Source: Azolla caroliniana (Eukaryota > Plantae > Polypodiophyta). Taken from it: a DNA stretch of 64,000 bases. The position numbers and the translations under genes were made by a program. This document shows positions 1 to 13,341 of the stretch, in pieces. The notes beneath the pieces were generated by a model, which did no database searches, was not told the DNA's origin, and was given only the letters and a program-made list of their open reading frames with translations. The stretch is from the NCBI GenBank assembly GCA_043228905.1, contig JBHGNT010000014.1, forward strand, positions 10,354,001 to 10,418,000. Direction: 5' to 3'. Position 1 is the first letter of the stretch; each line of letters begins with the position of its first letter.

Positions 1-1230
1 AAACGGAGATCGAGAGACTCAAAGAAGAGCTTCGACAGCAAAAGGATAGGGAAGACCGAGCTCACTGCCAGATCAATCAGAAGCTAAAGCAGAAATCAGA
101 AGAGTTGGACCACCTGCACCGGGATTATAAACATGTTGAGTCGGAATACAAGAAGCTTATCACTAACAGTGACCAGCAGCAGGAGAAGATGTTCAAGCTC
201 CAGAATGAAATGCAACGAGCAGAGACGGCACTAGCAAAAGAACGGGCTGAGAAGGAAACCATACAAGTTGAAGCGGCGAAGGAACTCATGGAACTCCAGA
301 TGCAACATCAGGGGGAAACGGAACGCGCTACCATGGTCTTACAAAGAGTGCAGACAACGTATTAGAATCAATAGGTGCGCTACAAGGACCAAGAGGTGGT
401 AACGGTGAACCTGCTTAAACAGTTGAAAGATGACCGGCAGGCCGTTGAAGATAAATCAAAGACGGGGCTGGAGCGGATCAGGTGCATTGTACATGCATGG
501 AAGAATCGAACGAAGTGTTTGATTGAAGATAGCTCAGTAGTATGGTGGTCAAAATGGGCGAAGCACGCTGTCGAGTTACAGTTGCTAAGGGCGGATGCAG
601 AAAACCGGCAGAAAGAAGGCGATGAGTTCTATAAACTAGAAAATGAAGACTTTGCTGCCGTGAAAGACGAATTGGCAGAGGACTTCATGGCCTTGGCTGA
701 TGAACAGATAACGGTGGTCCGGCAACTAGTGGCACAACTGGGCAATGATTGGCTGGATAACCAAATCCAGTTTGAAAGTTACGAAAAGGAGAGGCTACGG
801 CAAGAGGCGACAAAGAGCATGGCAACAATCAATCTCAGTGATGAAGAGCCATCGTCGGAGCAAGGGACGGACATAGCCAAGCTCGGCACAAGCCAACCGG
901 ATGTAACTCAAGAGGAGCAGCCAAGGGAGGAAGCGTCGCAACAACCACCGGCACAACCGTTGGAGGAGCAACGCCTAGAAGAGCCGGAGACCACGTAGTA
1001 GCAGGAACCACAGCAACCGCCAACGAGCAGCAACCAGAGCAACTTTCACAGCCAATGGAGCAATTGCAGGAGGAGCAGCAACAGCAGTCCGATCAGCCTT
1101 CCGAAGAACCCTTAGAGCCCCTCGACGTACAAGGTACTATCCCACGGGCGTGCCATGTTTTAGCTAGCCGGCAAGGAGTGAAGGACAGTCCAGAATATGA
1201 ATGGGCAGAAATAATCCGAGGTTGTTATTA
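1..1230 (+). pseudogene. Degenerate long coiled-coil, Glu/Gln-rich ORF (probable accessory ORF of an LTR element), 5' end outside window
   Basis: The frame is open from base 3. ORFs 105-365 and 375-998 are in the same frame, broken by TAG stops (likely CAG>TAG). Q/E/P-rich coding continues after a frameshift to about 1230, directly abutting an LTR-like segment. Confidence 0.5.
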
Positions 1231-1619
1231 GGATATTAAGTAATTAAGTAGATTTTAGAGTAGTGAACGGACGGACCGGAATTGGTATGCCGATCCGGAT
1301 CCAGACTGGTTCATATTAGTGTGCCGGTTGGCACCGTTTTGTAGCCAGAGATGGTGATCTATAAAAAGGCCCGATTACATTGTAAATGGGGACGGATAAT
1401 TAATAAAGCTCTATTTCCTTATCTCTGTGCATTGATTACTGTTCTGTGCTAATTACTTTCTATCTTACACGTGTATTAAGATTAAGGATTTGTTGCTTAA
1501 GTAAACGATTAAGGTCGGATTAATCGTCGGTCTAACTCTGTTCCACCGTAACACCCTTTGGTGAAGTGTCTTTTGTAGACACCCTGTGTTAGGTTATTGT
1601 CCAGCCCTACAGAGTAACA
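1223..1619 (+). mobile_element. Putative 3' LTR of an element inserted into gypsy copy 1 gag
   Basis: TGTTA...TAACA termini, TATAAAA at about 1360 and AATAAA at about 1402. Sequence after 1619 resumes mid-gag homologous to 23150 onward. The left boundary and PPT are weak. Confidence 0.5.
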
Positions 1620-4600
1620 CGTCGGCACAAAAGGAGGAAACCCGGGATTGGCTCAAGACGGGCTCGACCTCGACCGGCGTGGTCAAGGGCCCATTCGGAG
1701 GAATGGCTCTTGAGGAGATGACACAAATGGTGCGCGACTTGCAAATCGCGCAGGCTTGGAGAGACAGCGGCGAATAGTCCCACGACCGGAGGCCTCCGCC
1801 TGGGCAGCGGTGCATGTGGTGCGAGACGGTCGGCCACGCCCGGAAAGAGTGTGTGGATTTTGTAGACGCGCTTAGAAGCAATGTGGTATACCTGTGGAAT
1901 GGGCGGGTGCACACCGGTGACACCCGGAGACCCCTAGAGACGAATTTCGGGCATTGCGGAATGAAGAGGTTGATGAAAGAAGCATCGGCGCGCCATGCAG
2001 AGGCTATCCATTATTCGGCATCGGCCGGAATCTGGGTCAGAAGCAAGGAAGGCCGAAAGACGAAAGACTCTAGATTCTGGCCGTTGGTGATAGAAGGCCT
2101 CGCCGACGTACGACTGAGGAAGGAAGAAGCAGACCGTGGAGAGAAACGGCTCCGAGAGGTTACCGGATGGGACGACCTAGTCGAGGAGAAAACCGGATTC
2201 GTGGAAGCGGCGTGCCAAAACTATGAGGTTTTGGTAGGAGACAAGCGAACAGGATAAGCCGGAGGGGCCGGACCCTCCCAGCGGTATGAGACCCAGTTCG
2301 GGCCAAAGCCGAATGATGCCGGTAACCCCGGCGCACCGGACAGAATGAAGCGGGCCGGTTACCGGCTGAGCACTGAGATAGAGAGGACAACGGACCTGCG
2401 AAAGGTCCTCGAGGAGCGGATTCTCGACAGCAAGGTGGAGTTGTCGCTAAGGGAGGTGCTCGGATCGCGAAGAAGGAGTTCCACAATTCCATCGTGGACT
2501 TGGTGAAACGTAAACGGCTCTTGACGGAGTCAGAGCCGAACAAGTCGGTGGAGGTGCAAACGACGCACATGGAGGACACGGCCCTGGAAGACGAGTTGGT
2601 AGAGAGCCACTATTCAAAGTTGCACTGGGCAAGGGCTACTCCAGAAACCCTTGTTCGGGTCGGGGACGTCCAGGAGCCAATAGTGGCGCTGATTGACCAC
2701 GGGTCGGAGATCAACCTGATGTCTATGGACTTCTATAAAAAAGGGAAGTGGCCGATCAACACCAAGCATGGGTGGAAGATATGCGCGGCAACATGCGCCA
2801 TGGAGGAGCTGCATGGGGCCTGCCCGAATGTACGCGTGAAAATCGGCGATGTCGAGATTGATCAACACTTCTTCGTGCAAGAGACATCCTCGCACCCGAT
2901 GATACTCAGCGAACCGTACATTACGGCGGCACGCATGGAGACAAAGGTGTTGGATAACGGTTCAGTGTACGCACGTGTGAAAAGCTAGGATGGGAGGCAC
3001 TTCGTCCAATTTCTGACAGTGTCACCGAACCATGAGCGTAACCGCGAGACCCTCAGCGGCGACAACCGAGGAGATTTTTAGAGAGGGCTATCAAGGCGTG
3101 GGGTCGTGATAGTCCGGACACTCCGGCGGAACCCCACACGTGTACTATAGGTAGGAAGTTTTGGGTCTCCGACAACGGAGGATGTACAATAGTCGGTGTC
3201 AATGGCCGGGAGAAGAGGAGGGCCGAGGAACGCTTCAAGGAGTGCGGAGTCCTCCGCCCCGATGAAGAAATCAGCAGCGCCGTGGAGGCGGTCTCTTTCG
3301 ACGACACCTTGGGGGAAATGCGAAAGGTGATCAATAAAGGCCTCAATGAAGACCGAGTGATTCCGGTCAACTCGGTGGAGATGTACGAAGTCATTGCCGA
3401 CTTTGGGAAGGCGTCAGGTCGGATCGGACGGCCTGCGTAGATACAAAATACAAGACTGTGGACCGGAAGGTGAGGCCAGTTGCGGCTCCCTTGCTGGAGG
3501 CCAGTAGGGAGCGGAGAAAGGGGGTCGCGTTGGACCCAAGTTTACGGAATCTGGCCTTCATAGGACACCGGTTCACCGACATAACGCTACGGGAGGTCAA
3601 GGTCGGTGGGGATGGCTTTCTACTGCCGGCGGAGGAGGACCGGTTTCAGAGAATGCTCGGAAGGCACGGGAGGGCCTTCGCATTCGCGCCAGGGGAGATC
3701 GGGTGCGTAGACCCGATGATCGTGGAACCAATGGTGATCTTCACAGTACCGCATGTGCCGTCGAATCTCAAGCCGATTCTGGTACCCAGAGCTCACATCC
3801 CAAAGTTGATGGAGTTGCTGAAGCAGAAGGTGGAGATGGGCATCCTCGAGCCGTCGAGTGCCCCATATTTGAACCAGTGGTTTACTGTGCCAAAGAAGAA
3901 TGGTTTGTTGCGCTTCATTCAGGACCTGCAGCCGGTCAACAAGGTGACCATTCGGAATGCAGTTGTCGAACCGACCATTGACGAGTTCGCGGAGGCCTTC
4001 GCTGAAAGGTCGATCTATTTGATTGGTGATCTGTACTCGGGGTACGATCAGTTCCAACTAGCCGTGAAGAGCAGGGATATCACAACAATGCAGACTCCTC
4101 TCAGCCTGGTGCGGATGTGTACCCTACCGCAGGGAGGGACCAACTCGATGGCACACATGGTGAATGCGATGAACAAGGTGTTGAGGGATTGCATCCTGGA
4201 CATCACCATGCCGTTCTTGGAAGACATCCCGATAAAAGGGGGTCCGATAGGAGAAAAGGACAAAACGGTTGGGTTGGATGGATGCCGAAGATTCGTAGTG
4301 GACCACATTGGCGACTGAGAGAAGGTGCTTCAAAGACTTGAGGACGCGCGGTTCACCTTCTCTAGGGAGAAATCGACTTTCGGGCAGTCGGAGATCCTAG
4401 TGGTTGGGCACTTGTGTGGGCCTTACGGCCGAAAGCCGTCTCCGGCAAAGGTAGAAGCCATCTCCGCGATGAAGGAAGAATGCAAGTCGGTTACGAAGGT
4501 GCAGAGGCTCCTAGGCGCGTGCGCGTTCTACCATATCTGGATCCCGCATTACGCCCACGTCGCGGAGCCGCTCTACGGGTTGCTAAAGAAGGGGCATAAA

Positions 4601-4667
4601 TTTGAGTGGGGCAATGAGCATGCGGAGTCGGTGCGTAGACTGAAGGAGGCGTTCACCGCGGCACCGG

Positions 4668-5940
4668 TGTCGCGGAAATACGACAAGGATACGTGAACTT
4701 GAGGCAAGACCCCGAGGCCTCCCACCAGAGGATATCAAATTCGTATGTTATGTATTAAGAATTAAGGGAAAAAAAAGATTACAACATGACCCAAGATTGG
4801 GATTCAGAAGTTTTAGGTTTACTGAGATTAGTAGAAAAGAAAAATTAGGTGTTTTGAGAGATATGGCTTCTATAAGGAAAATTAGGGTTTTTTAGTGTTA
4901 TGGCTTCCATAGGGAAATTTAGGGTTTTTTAGTGTTCTAGGTTCCGTAGGGAAAATTAGGGTTTTTGAGTGTTATGGGTTCTGTAGGGAAATTTAGGGTT
5001 TTTGAGTGTTATGGCTTTTGTAGGGAAATTTAGGATTAGGTTATACGAGAGATATCGCTTCTATAGGGAAAATTAGGGTTATTTGAGTGTTATGGCTACG
5101 TGAGATAAGGGAGCCTAGAAGGAAAAGAAAAATAATTATGAGCAAACTGAGTGGAGGAAAAAAAAATGGAATATATATGGAGTTCTCCGTTGATCATAGC
5201 CTTCAATGTTACTTTGCATGCCCACTTTTAGTTGCATGGCCTCTACTTTTAGTTGCATCCATTTTTAGTTGCATGCCTTTTTCTTTTAGTTGCATGCGAT
5301 CGTCCACATGGCCTTTACTTTAGCTTTCTTTACTTTACTTTAATTCGCCGCATGATCCAATCATCCTTCTGTCTCGATTGTTGCCCATCCAATCCGTTTG
5401 GTCCGCATCCAACCTCGTCCGATCGTCGGTTCCATCGACGTCCAGTTTCCGGCTCCGTCCGGTCGCCGGTTCCATCACCGTCCGATTTCCGTCACCATCC
5501 GGTTGCCGGCTTCATCCGATTGCCAATTTTATCTGGTTTCCGATACTATCACCGACCGGTTTGAGTTCCTTCACCAACCGGTTCGGGAACCTTAGCCACA
5601 TCCGACGACTTAGCCATATCTGTCCATCTAGACAAAAGTGGCCCAAGTCCAACTTTATCTTTTGTGCTCTTAGCACATAGATAAAAAATGATGGTTCTCA
5701 ATCTGCTTATATAGCTGGCTCCTAAAGTTTCCTATCTATGTGGGATATTTCACAACTCTATTTTCATTATCTTCTCAAACTTTATAGTCACATAACTTGA
5801 TACTTGTTTATCCGTTTCATGTGTAGTAAAATGTGTTGTAAAGCTCTTGAAGATATCTATCTTTCCATATCAAGCCACTATTCTAATCTAAAATAATTAT
5901 TTCATTAGTTTTCAAATCGTGTGTGAAAAACCACACGACA
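4668..5940 (-). mobile_element. Solo LTR (1273 bp) of a TGTCG...CGACA-type element with 4-bp TSD
   Basis: Termini TGTCGCG / CACGACA, flanks CCGG / CAGG. Removing it restores the host RT-RH junction (gcaccgg..cactcaagaaagcg vs intact gcaccggcgctccgaaaggcc). Strand is inferred from a U5-like motif at the 4668 end. Confidence 0.75.
4841..5100. repeat. About 7 copies of a ~37-bp tandem unit containing TTAGGG/TTTAGGG
   Basis: Consensus approximately aaa(t)ttagggtttttgagtgttatggcttctgtaggg, read directly. Confidence 0.85.
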
Positions 5941-7835
5941 CAGGCACTCAAGAAAGCGGTTTACGGCAAGGACGTCCTGATTTACATTACAGTAGACACG
6001 AGCCCGACCGGGATAGGATGGGTGGTGAACCAAGAGGATGAAATTGACACGAGCGAAAGTGCTGAGTGAGCGGCAACAAGGATACGCCCAAGTTAAACGC
6101 AAACTTTGGGGTATCGTTTCGGCTGTCAAGGCCGACAAAGACTACTTGATCGGGACGGAGGTGATAATCGAGACGGACTGCCTACCAATCCTTGGTATGG
6201 TTTCCAGATCTGCGATGCCCGACCTGGCAATGCTCAGGTGGATCGCGTACATTAAGTCTCTGAACCCGGAGATACGGCACATCTCCGATAAAGACAACGC
6301 CATGGTCAACATGCTTTCTAGAGCACGGTTCGACGACAAGGACAGCATGGTTTCGGAGGACGAAGAAGTCGGTGTAGACTTCTTTGAGTCGACGTACGTG
6401 ATGACAGGGGCGAGGAGCACTCCGATGCTTAATGAGTTCAACGAGGGGTAGTACGACGGGGAGTGGCTCTAGATCGGCAGGTTCCTGAAAACAATGGTGT
6501 CAGACGTGGCATGGACAAGGGAAGAGGCTAACCGGATGTGGAAGAAGGCGTATCGTTTCTTCCTGCAAGACGGGAGCATATGGAGGCACCCGAAGAAGCG
6601 AGGCAACATCCCACTCCGTGTAGTGGCAGGAAAGGTAGAGCGAGAGGGGTTGCTAGCGGCGTACCACAAGAGTCCCTAGGCCGGACATCGCGGGACATGG
6701 GGGACGTTCGAGAAGTTAAAGGAGAAGTATTGGTGGCCAGGGTTGTATCGAGATGTGCACCGATTCGTAACAACATGCGAAAACTGATAGATGCACTCCG
6801 CGATCTGACATCAAGACGAGCTACACCTGACCTACCCGCCAACCGTTCATTTCAAGTGGAGGGTAGACTTAGTGACGATGCTGATGGGGGTAGGGCAGAT
6901 GCGGTACCTAGTGCTTGCGCGAGAGAACTTCACGAATCAAGTGGAGGGCCGCGCATTGCCGAACAAGATGACTGCAGCCGTATGTCGGTTCCTAATCAAA
7001 GAGGTGGTATGCTAGTACGAGTGCATAGGGAAGATAGTAGCTGACCGGGGAGAGCTGGATGCGCAGGAAGCCGAAGAGTTGTTCGACTGATTAGGGGTTA
7101 AGCTCTCCCTCACTACGGCGTACAACCTGGAGGCTAAGGGGAAGGTAGAGCGCGGGCACGGGCCGATCGTGAAGGCATTAGTACGCGCGTGTGAAGGTCA
7201 AGTCGGGAGTTGGTCACGGCTCCTACCTTACGCACTATGGGCGGACCGAACTATGCACAATTTGGTGATCGGGTTCATGCCGGCGGAGCTAATGTACAGG
7301 TAGAAGCCAATCATGCCGGTGGAGTACACAATTTCTTCATGGGTCGCGGTGGACTGGAAGGACGAGATGAGCCGGGAGGAGTTGTTGGCAACACGGATTC
7401 GACAACTCAAGCGAAGACCGGAGGACGTGGAACGGGCTAAGGCGAAGTTGCACGTGGCGAGGGCGAGGAACAAGGGCCGGTTCGACTGAACGCACCGGCT
7501 ACGATTGAAGAAGATCGAGGATGGTGACTGGGTGCTGGTTTATGACAACAGCCTCGACAATCAGCACAAGGCAACGCGGAAGTTTGTGAGGAGGTGGTTC
7601 GGCCTGTACACCGTGACAAGCGCAAACGACAACGGTACTTACCACCTTGTGGAGCTCGACGGGACGCAAATAGCGGTGCCGGTAGCTGGGAAGAGGATCA
7701 AGGCTTTCAAGAAGCGGCATGAAGACGAGCCAGACCCTGGAAGCGAGGGCGACGATGGCAACCGGCTCGGAGCGGATGAAGTTTCGGAGCATGAGGGGTA
7801 AAGCGAGCCGGTTTTCTCCAGCATTTCTCCAGCAG

Positions 7836-10800
7836 TTATATGACTTTTTGGGATATTTACAATTATAGCCTCAATAGGCTCATCATGAAACATATTTATA
7901 AATGTATCCTTGGATCTAGTTCGCACCAGATCCATCCGGATTCACTCGATCTAGTTTCCGGGTCTCATCTGGATCCCTTCCGGATCCGGTTCCTTCATCC
8001 GGTTCATCTAATCTGATCCTCATGATCCTCATTCGGATCCCATCTTGAGGGACCAGAATCCCAACAGTCTCCCCCTTCACTCCGGCATGGGATTTCTTGT
8101 TAGTCTGATTTGTCCTCGACACATGTCCAGCTTGTCGGTTGAAAGCACCTTGGTTAGCATATCTGATCCATTCTCCTCCGTGTGGATCTTCATCAGCATG
8201 AAGTCTTGGTTTTCTACTCTCTCCCGGAGCTAGTGATATCTACGCTAGATGTGTTTCATCTGGGAATGGTAGGTTGCATTGTTCGCAAGGTGGAGGGCAC
8301 TTTGACTGTCGTAGTAGAGCTGGAATTCCTCCTGTCGGATCCCTAGCTCTCCAACAAAGTCCTTCATCCAGATTACTTCCTTGTCGGCTTCCACAACTGC
8401 CATGTACTCCGCTTCCGTTGACGTATCTGGATGTGGACTGGCTGGTATCCACATCAGTCGACATATCTAAATCTGTAAATCCGTCCAGTAGGGGTTTACG
8501 AGCCGAATCAAAGGCACATACTCGAGGTGCCTTTTAAATACTTGAGTATCCACTTGACCGTGTTCCAGTGCCCTCTTCCCAGATTTCTCATGAATCGGCT
8601 GACTACTCCTACAACATAAGCAATATCCGGCCAGGTGCACACCATTGCATACATCAAGCTTCCGACGGCAAAGGCATATGGATGGTATCTTCATCATATC
8701 CAACTTCTCTGCCTTTGTCCTCAGGCTTTGTTTTCCGGACAACTTGCAGTTCACCGACAGTGTTGACCCAACTGGCTTTGCGTCTGCCATGTTGAACCTC
8801 TGAAGCACCTTTCTCACATACTTCTCTTGTGATAGCCACAACAACTTCTTTGACCGGTCCGAGATGATGTGCATCTCCAAAATCTATCTTGCCAAACCCA
8901 AATCTTTCATTGAGAAGGTCCAATTCAGGGCCTTCTTCAGCATTCAAATCTAACGAGAACTCCAAGGCTCCTTATGTCCAACGCTCGGCCACAACCGAGA
9001 TTCTTTTATACACAGAAAACAAGAAACGAAAAACACGCGACACAAAGAGGAGAAGAGTACACAGGATGTTTACGTGGAAACCCAAACTAGGGAAAAAACC
9101 ACGGCAGCCTACAGGCTGCAAACTATCACTATGCTAGAATATACAACAGTGAGTTCACGGAGGCAACGACCTCGTGCTCACGATCTTCGCCACAGGCGGC
9201 GGTTACAACATAGGCAGCGACCTCTTTCTCTCTCTCTCTCTCTCTGTACACTGTTACGTGCTCTCTCTTCTACTTGCACAAACAAGAAATGACAACAACA
9301 ACGGTAACTAAAAGTTTGCCCTAAGTCATATTTATACTAATATGACTTTCCGGCTATTTACAAATATAGCCTTGATGGGCTCTTAGAAACATATTTACGA
9401 ATATGTCTCTTCCTCGGGTTCTCACCGGGTCTGTGTCATCCGGCTCTCCGTAGCCGGGTGCTCCTCATCCGGTTCTCACCGGGCCTGCACCATCCGGCTC
9501 TCCGTAGCCGGGTACTCCTCATCCGGTTCACACCGGGTCTGCACCATCCGGCTCTCTGTAGCCGGGTACTCCTCTTTCGGTTTCGGCCGAGGCCGAGATT
9601 GTTCGTCGGCACTGTTCTTCTCCCTTCCCATCCGGAGGGACCTATCTCCCAACAAAATTTTGATTTTGTCTCATCCGAAGATCAACATGTCGTCCACGTA
9701 CAGAAGGAGTATTTGGAAGTCGCCTTCGTCAAATTTCTTCACAAACACGCAATCATCAGCTTGCGTCTTGTGGTACCCTTGGTCGGTTATGAAGGAGTCG
9801 TACTTCTGGTACCATGGCCGGGGAGCTTGCTTCAATCCGTATAAGCTCTTCTTCAGCCGGCACACCATGTGCTCCTTCCCTTTCTTCTCAAATCTTTCCG
9901 GTTGTTGCATGTAGATTTCTTCCTCAAGTTCACCATGAAGGAACGTCGTCTTGACGTCCAGCTGCTCGACTTCGAGGTCCATGCATACCGCTATGCTCAA
10001 TACTGTTTGGATGGATGTCATCTTTACTACCGGGGCAAAGATCTCGTCGAAATCCAGTCCCTTCTTCTGTTGGAAACCCTTTACCACGATCCGAGCCTTG
10101 TACCTTGGTGGATTTCCGGCGTCTCCCAGTTTCAGCTTGTACACCCACTTGTTCCGGAGTGCTCTTCTTCCTTTCGGCAACTCCGTCAATTCGTATGTGT
10201 GATCCTCATGCAAGGAATCCATCTCGTCTTGCATGGCACGTAACCACTTCTGGTTGTGAGTGTCATTCCTTGCTTCTTCGAAGCTTTTCGTCTCCCCCTC
10301 GTCGGTCAGCAACACATGCTCTGCATCCGGAAATCTTCGGGGGCTCTTCTCTCTCTTAGAGGATATCTTCGTCCTTGATTTCCGACTACCGGTTCCTCCA
10401 TTTTCTCCTCATCCTCATCCGATTCGGGGTCTTGTCCGGTTCCGGTGTCTTCTTCTTCTTCGTCTTTGGTCGGTTCGGTTTCTTGTCCGAATCCGGTCGG
10501 TTCATCGAGTGTCATCCGGTTACCGGCTAACTTTCGGTTTTCAACCGAGTAAGTCCTTATGTCCTCAAACCAGTTTTCATTGGGTGATCCGGAGTCCATT
10601 ATCTTCTTCTCTAACTCCTAGTTGGCAATGGTCTTGTCTTTCATGATGACTATGTCCTGACTTCGAAACACCTTCTTGTCAACCAGATCCCACACTCCGT
10701 AAACTCATCATCGCCGTATCCAAGGAATATGCATGGCCGGAACTTCGGATCCAATTTCGCTCTCTTGTGCTTTGCTACATGCACGTAGGCGAGACAACCA

Positions 10801-13050
10801 AACACCTTCAAATGCCGGTAAGATACATCTTTGTTGGTCCATACTCTCTGTGGTGTGTCTCCATCCAAGGGTGCTAAGGGTGATATGTTTATCACGTAGG
10901 TCGCCATCATCACCGCCTCAGCCCAAAAACTCTTGGGTAGCTTTGCATGTGCTAGCATGCTTCAAACTCTCTCCATTACGGTCCGGTTCATCCGTTCGGC
11001 CAACCCGTTCAATTCCGGCGTCTTCGGCACGGTGAATTCGAGCCGGATTCCCTTCGACCGGCAATACTCCTCGAACTGCCCCCGGTATGCACCTTCGTTA
11101 TCTACTCAAACTACCTTTAGCTTCTGGCCGGTTTCCCTTTCCACTCTCACGTGGAGCTCCTTGAAGATGGACAACACCTGATCCTTCATCTTCAACGATG
11201 ACACCCACAGCTTCCGGTTGTGGTCATCTATGAACGTCACGAAGTACTGCAATCTGGCATGTGACTTCATGTCCACTTGACAGACATCGGTATGCACCAA
11301 CTCCAGTGGTGCATTCCGTCTCATCAGTGGTCTTGACAGGAAGGAGGTTTGGTTTTGCTTGCCAACCAAGCAATCGGTGCACTTTTTGAGATGCACATCT
11401 TTCACCTCTAGAATGAGGTTATCCTCGGCAAGTCTTCTCATCGCCTTCTGGCTCATATGACACAGTCTCTTGTGCCATAGCTCACCGGCATTGTTGGATG
11501 TTACGTTCACTTCTTTCCGGCATATCTGAGCGTGTGTCAGGTACAATGTGTTGATCTTCCGGGCTCGAGCCATGATCAAGCTTCCTTTGCTAAATTTCAT
11601 GACTCCGTTCCGGATGCTACCCGTGTAGCCTTCATCATCTAGCCGACCGGCTGATATCAAGTTCAACCGAACCTCTGTAATGTGTCGGACATCCTTTAGC
11701 AGCAGCTTGCACCCGATTGATGTCGTCAACCACACATCTCTTATGCCTACAATTTGACATGACCCTTCATTCCCCATCCGGACACAACCGTGGTCTCTGG
11801 CTATGTAGGATGAGAAACATTTCTAGTCCGGCGTCAGGTGGAACGATGCTCCAGAATCGACAACCCACGTTGTCTCGTTGCCGACAAGTTTTAACTCATT
11901 CTCCTCAATCATGAGTAGTAGTTTTTCTTCACTTCTCATGATCGCCGACGTTCCTTTCCGATCCTGACCTCTCCAGTCTAAACCATTTCAGTTGGAACTC
12001 TTCTTTGAATCGGTATCGTCGATCCCTTTCTCTTTCCTTAAATGTTGGTAGTTCTTTTGGAAGAGCCTCGGCTTCTCACAATAGAAGCAAGTAGGCCTCC
12101 CCATTGACTTTGACCTTGTCCCAGACTTTTCCCAGTTCTGGGGACTCCGATGCCAGTTTCTCCCTCATTGTGTGTCGGATTCGGAAATCAGGGCTTTTGG
12201 GTCGGAGATCACTTCCTTGTCTTTTCAACGTGCCTCTTCATCTAGCAAGCTCGACTTTACCCTTGCTAGGGACAACTACTTTCCTTCCGGCCCGGCATTG
12301 CCCAGAGTGACAACTAGCGTCTTCCAGCTATCCGGGGGGGAACCGAGCAATAGCAATGCAAGTACCTCATCTACCAAAGGTACTTCCAACGAGGTGGCTT
12401 GATTTATGAGCCCCTGGAAGGCATTCATGTGCTCCGCCATGCTAGAGCCATCTTGATATTTGAGTCTCACCAGCTTCTTGTTCTTGAACATGATGCCTAT
12501 CTTCTCCTAGAGTTCATGAGCCTTACTTTCTTCGTTGAAGTTGTTGTACAGGCTCATGTCGATGAAGCATCCGATGTATGTCGTCGTCTTCATATGCATC
12601 ACCTCCCATGTCATGGCATCAATCTTGTCCGGTTTGTTGTCCCCGAACTGTACCGGTAGCCAGAGATCTTTAACCACTAGCATGTCCCTCATCTTCGACT
12701 TCCACACTTAGTAGTTGGAGCCGGTGAGCTTGAACATGCCGCCGCATGAGTCTTCCATTTGTTGTGTTGTTATCGCTCTGATACCAGTTTGTGAGGAAAT
12801 AACGCTAGGCCACAATCGAGACTCAAAACACTTTATGAAAAAACAAAATAGGAATGGAGGTTCGTACACTTACACAGAAGAGACGGCATAGGATGTTAAC
12901 GTGGAAAACCCTAAACGGGAAAAAACCACGGGAGCCCACAGACTCCAACTATCACTATGTGAGGAAGGAGGTACAACCGAACACTCAGAGGCAACGACCT
13001 CGAGCTCTATATCTTCGCCAACCGGCGGTTACAACAGAAACAGAGATTGG

Positions 13051-13090
<40 letters not shown>

Positions 13091-13341
13091 AAAGATGATA
13101 CTATTGACAACAACTATACAACTGTTACACACTCTCACACAAAGTGGTTGCCCTAAGTCATATTTATACTTATATGACTTTTTGGGATATTTACAATTAT
13201 AGCCTCAATAGGCTCATCATGAAACATATTTGCAAACTGGATCCATATGGACTCACTCGATCCGGTTTTCGGGTCTCATCTAGATACAGTTCCTTCATTC
13301 GGGTCATATGATCCGATCCTCATGATCCTCATCCGGAGGGA
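7836..13341 (-). mobile_element. Degenerate Tnt1/Tork-like Ty1/copia element; both LTRs truncated at outer ends
   Basis: 5' LTR about 13341-12790, iMet PBS TGGTATCAGAGC at 12786-12775, gag-PR-INT-RT-RH fragments (LWHKRLCHMS, LLYVDDML, STEAEYMA), PPT, then 3' LTR from 8066 to about 7836. Confidence 0.92.
8951..9654 (-). mobile_element. Solo LTR of the Tork-like family, inserted in the RT of the previous element
   Basis: Homologous to LTRs 40888-41708 and 45771-46534, starts TGTTGGGAGA on minus, TSD AAATC/AAATT. Confidence 0.88.

Larger units (their letters stand above)
1620..7835 (+). mobile_element. Degenerate Ty3/gypsy copy 1 (same family as 21642-28962): gag C-term, PR, RT, RH, INT; interrupted at 4668-5940
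   Basis: Colinear with the intact copy: CMWCETVGHARKEC knuckle, LIDHGSEINLM protease, RFIQDLQPVN RT, RH and WFGLY integrase tail. Many stops and frameshifts; 3' LTR lost. Confidence 0.93.

Noticed and set aside
4841-5100. CRISPR array or true telomere
   Set aside because: Contiguous degenerate units with no unique spacers and no cas genes; TTAGGG motifs are isolated within 37-bp units inside an LTR
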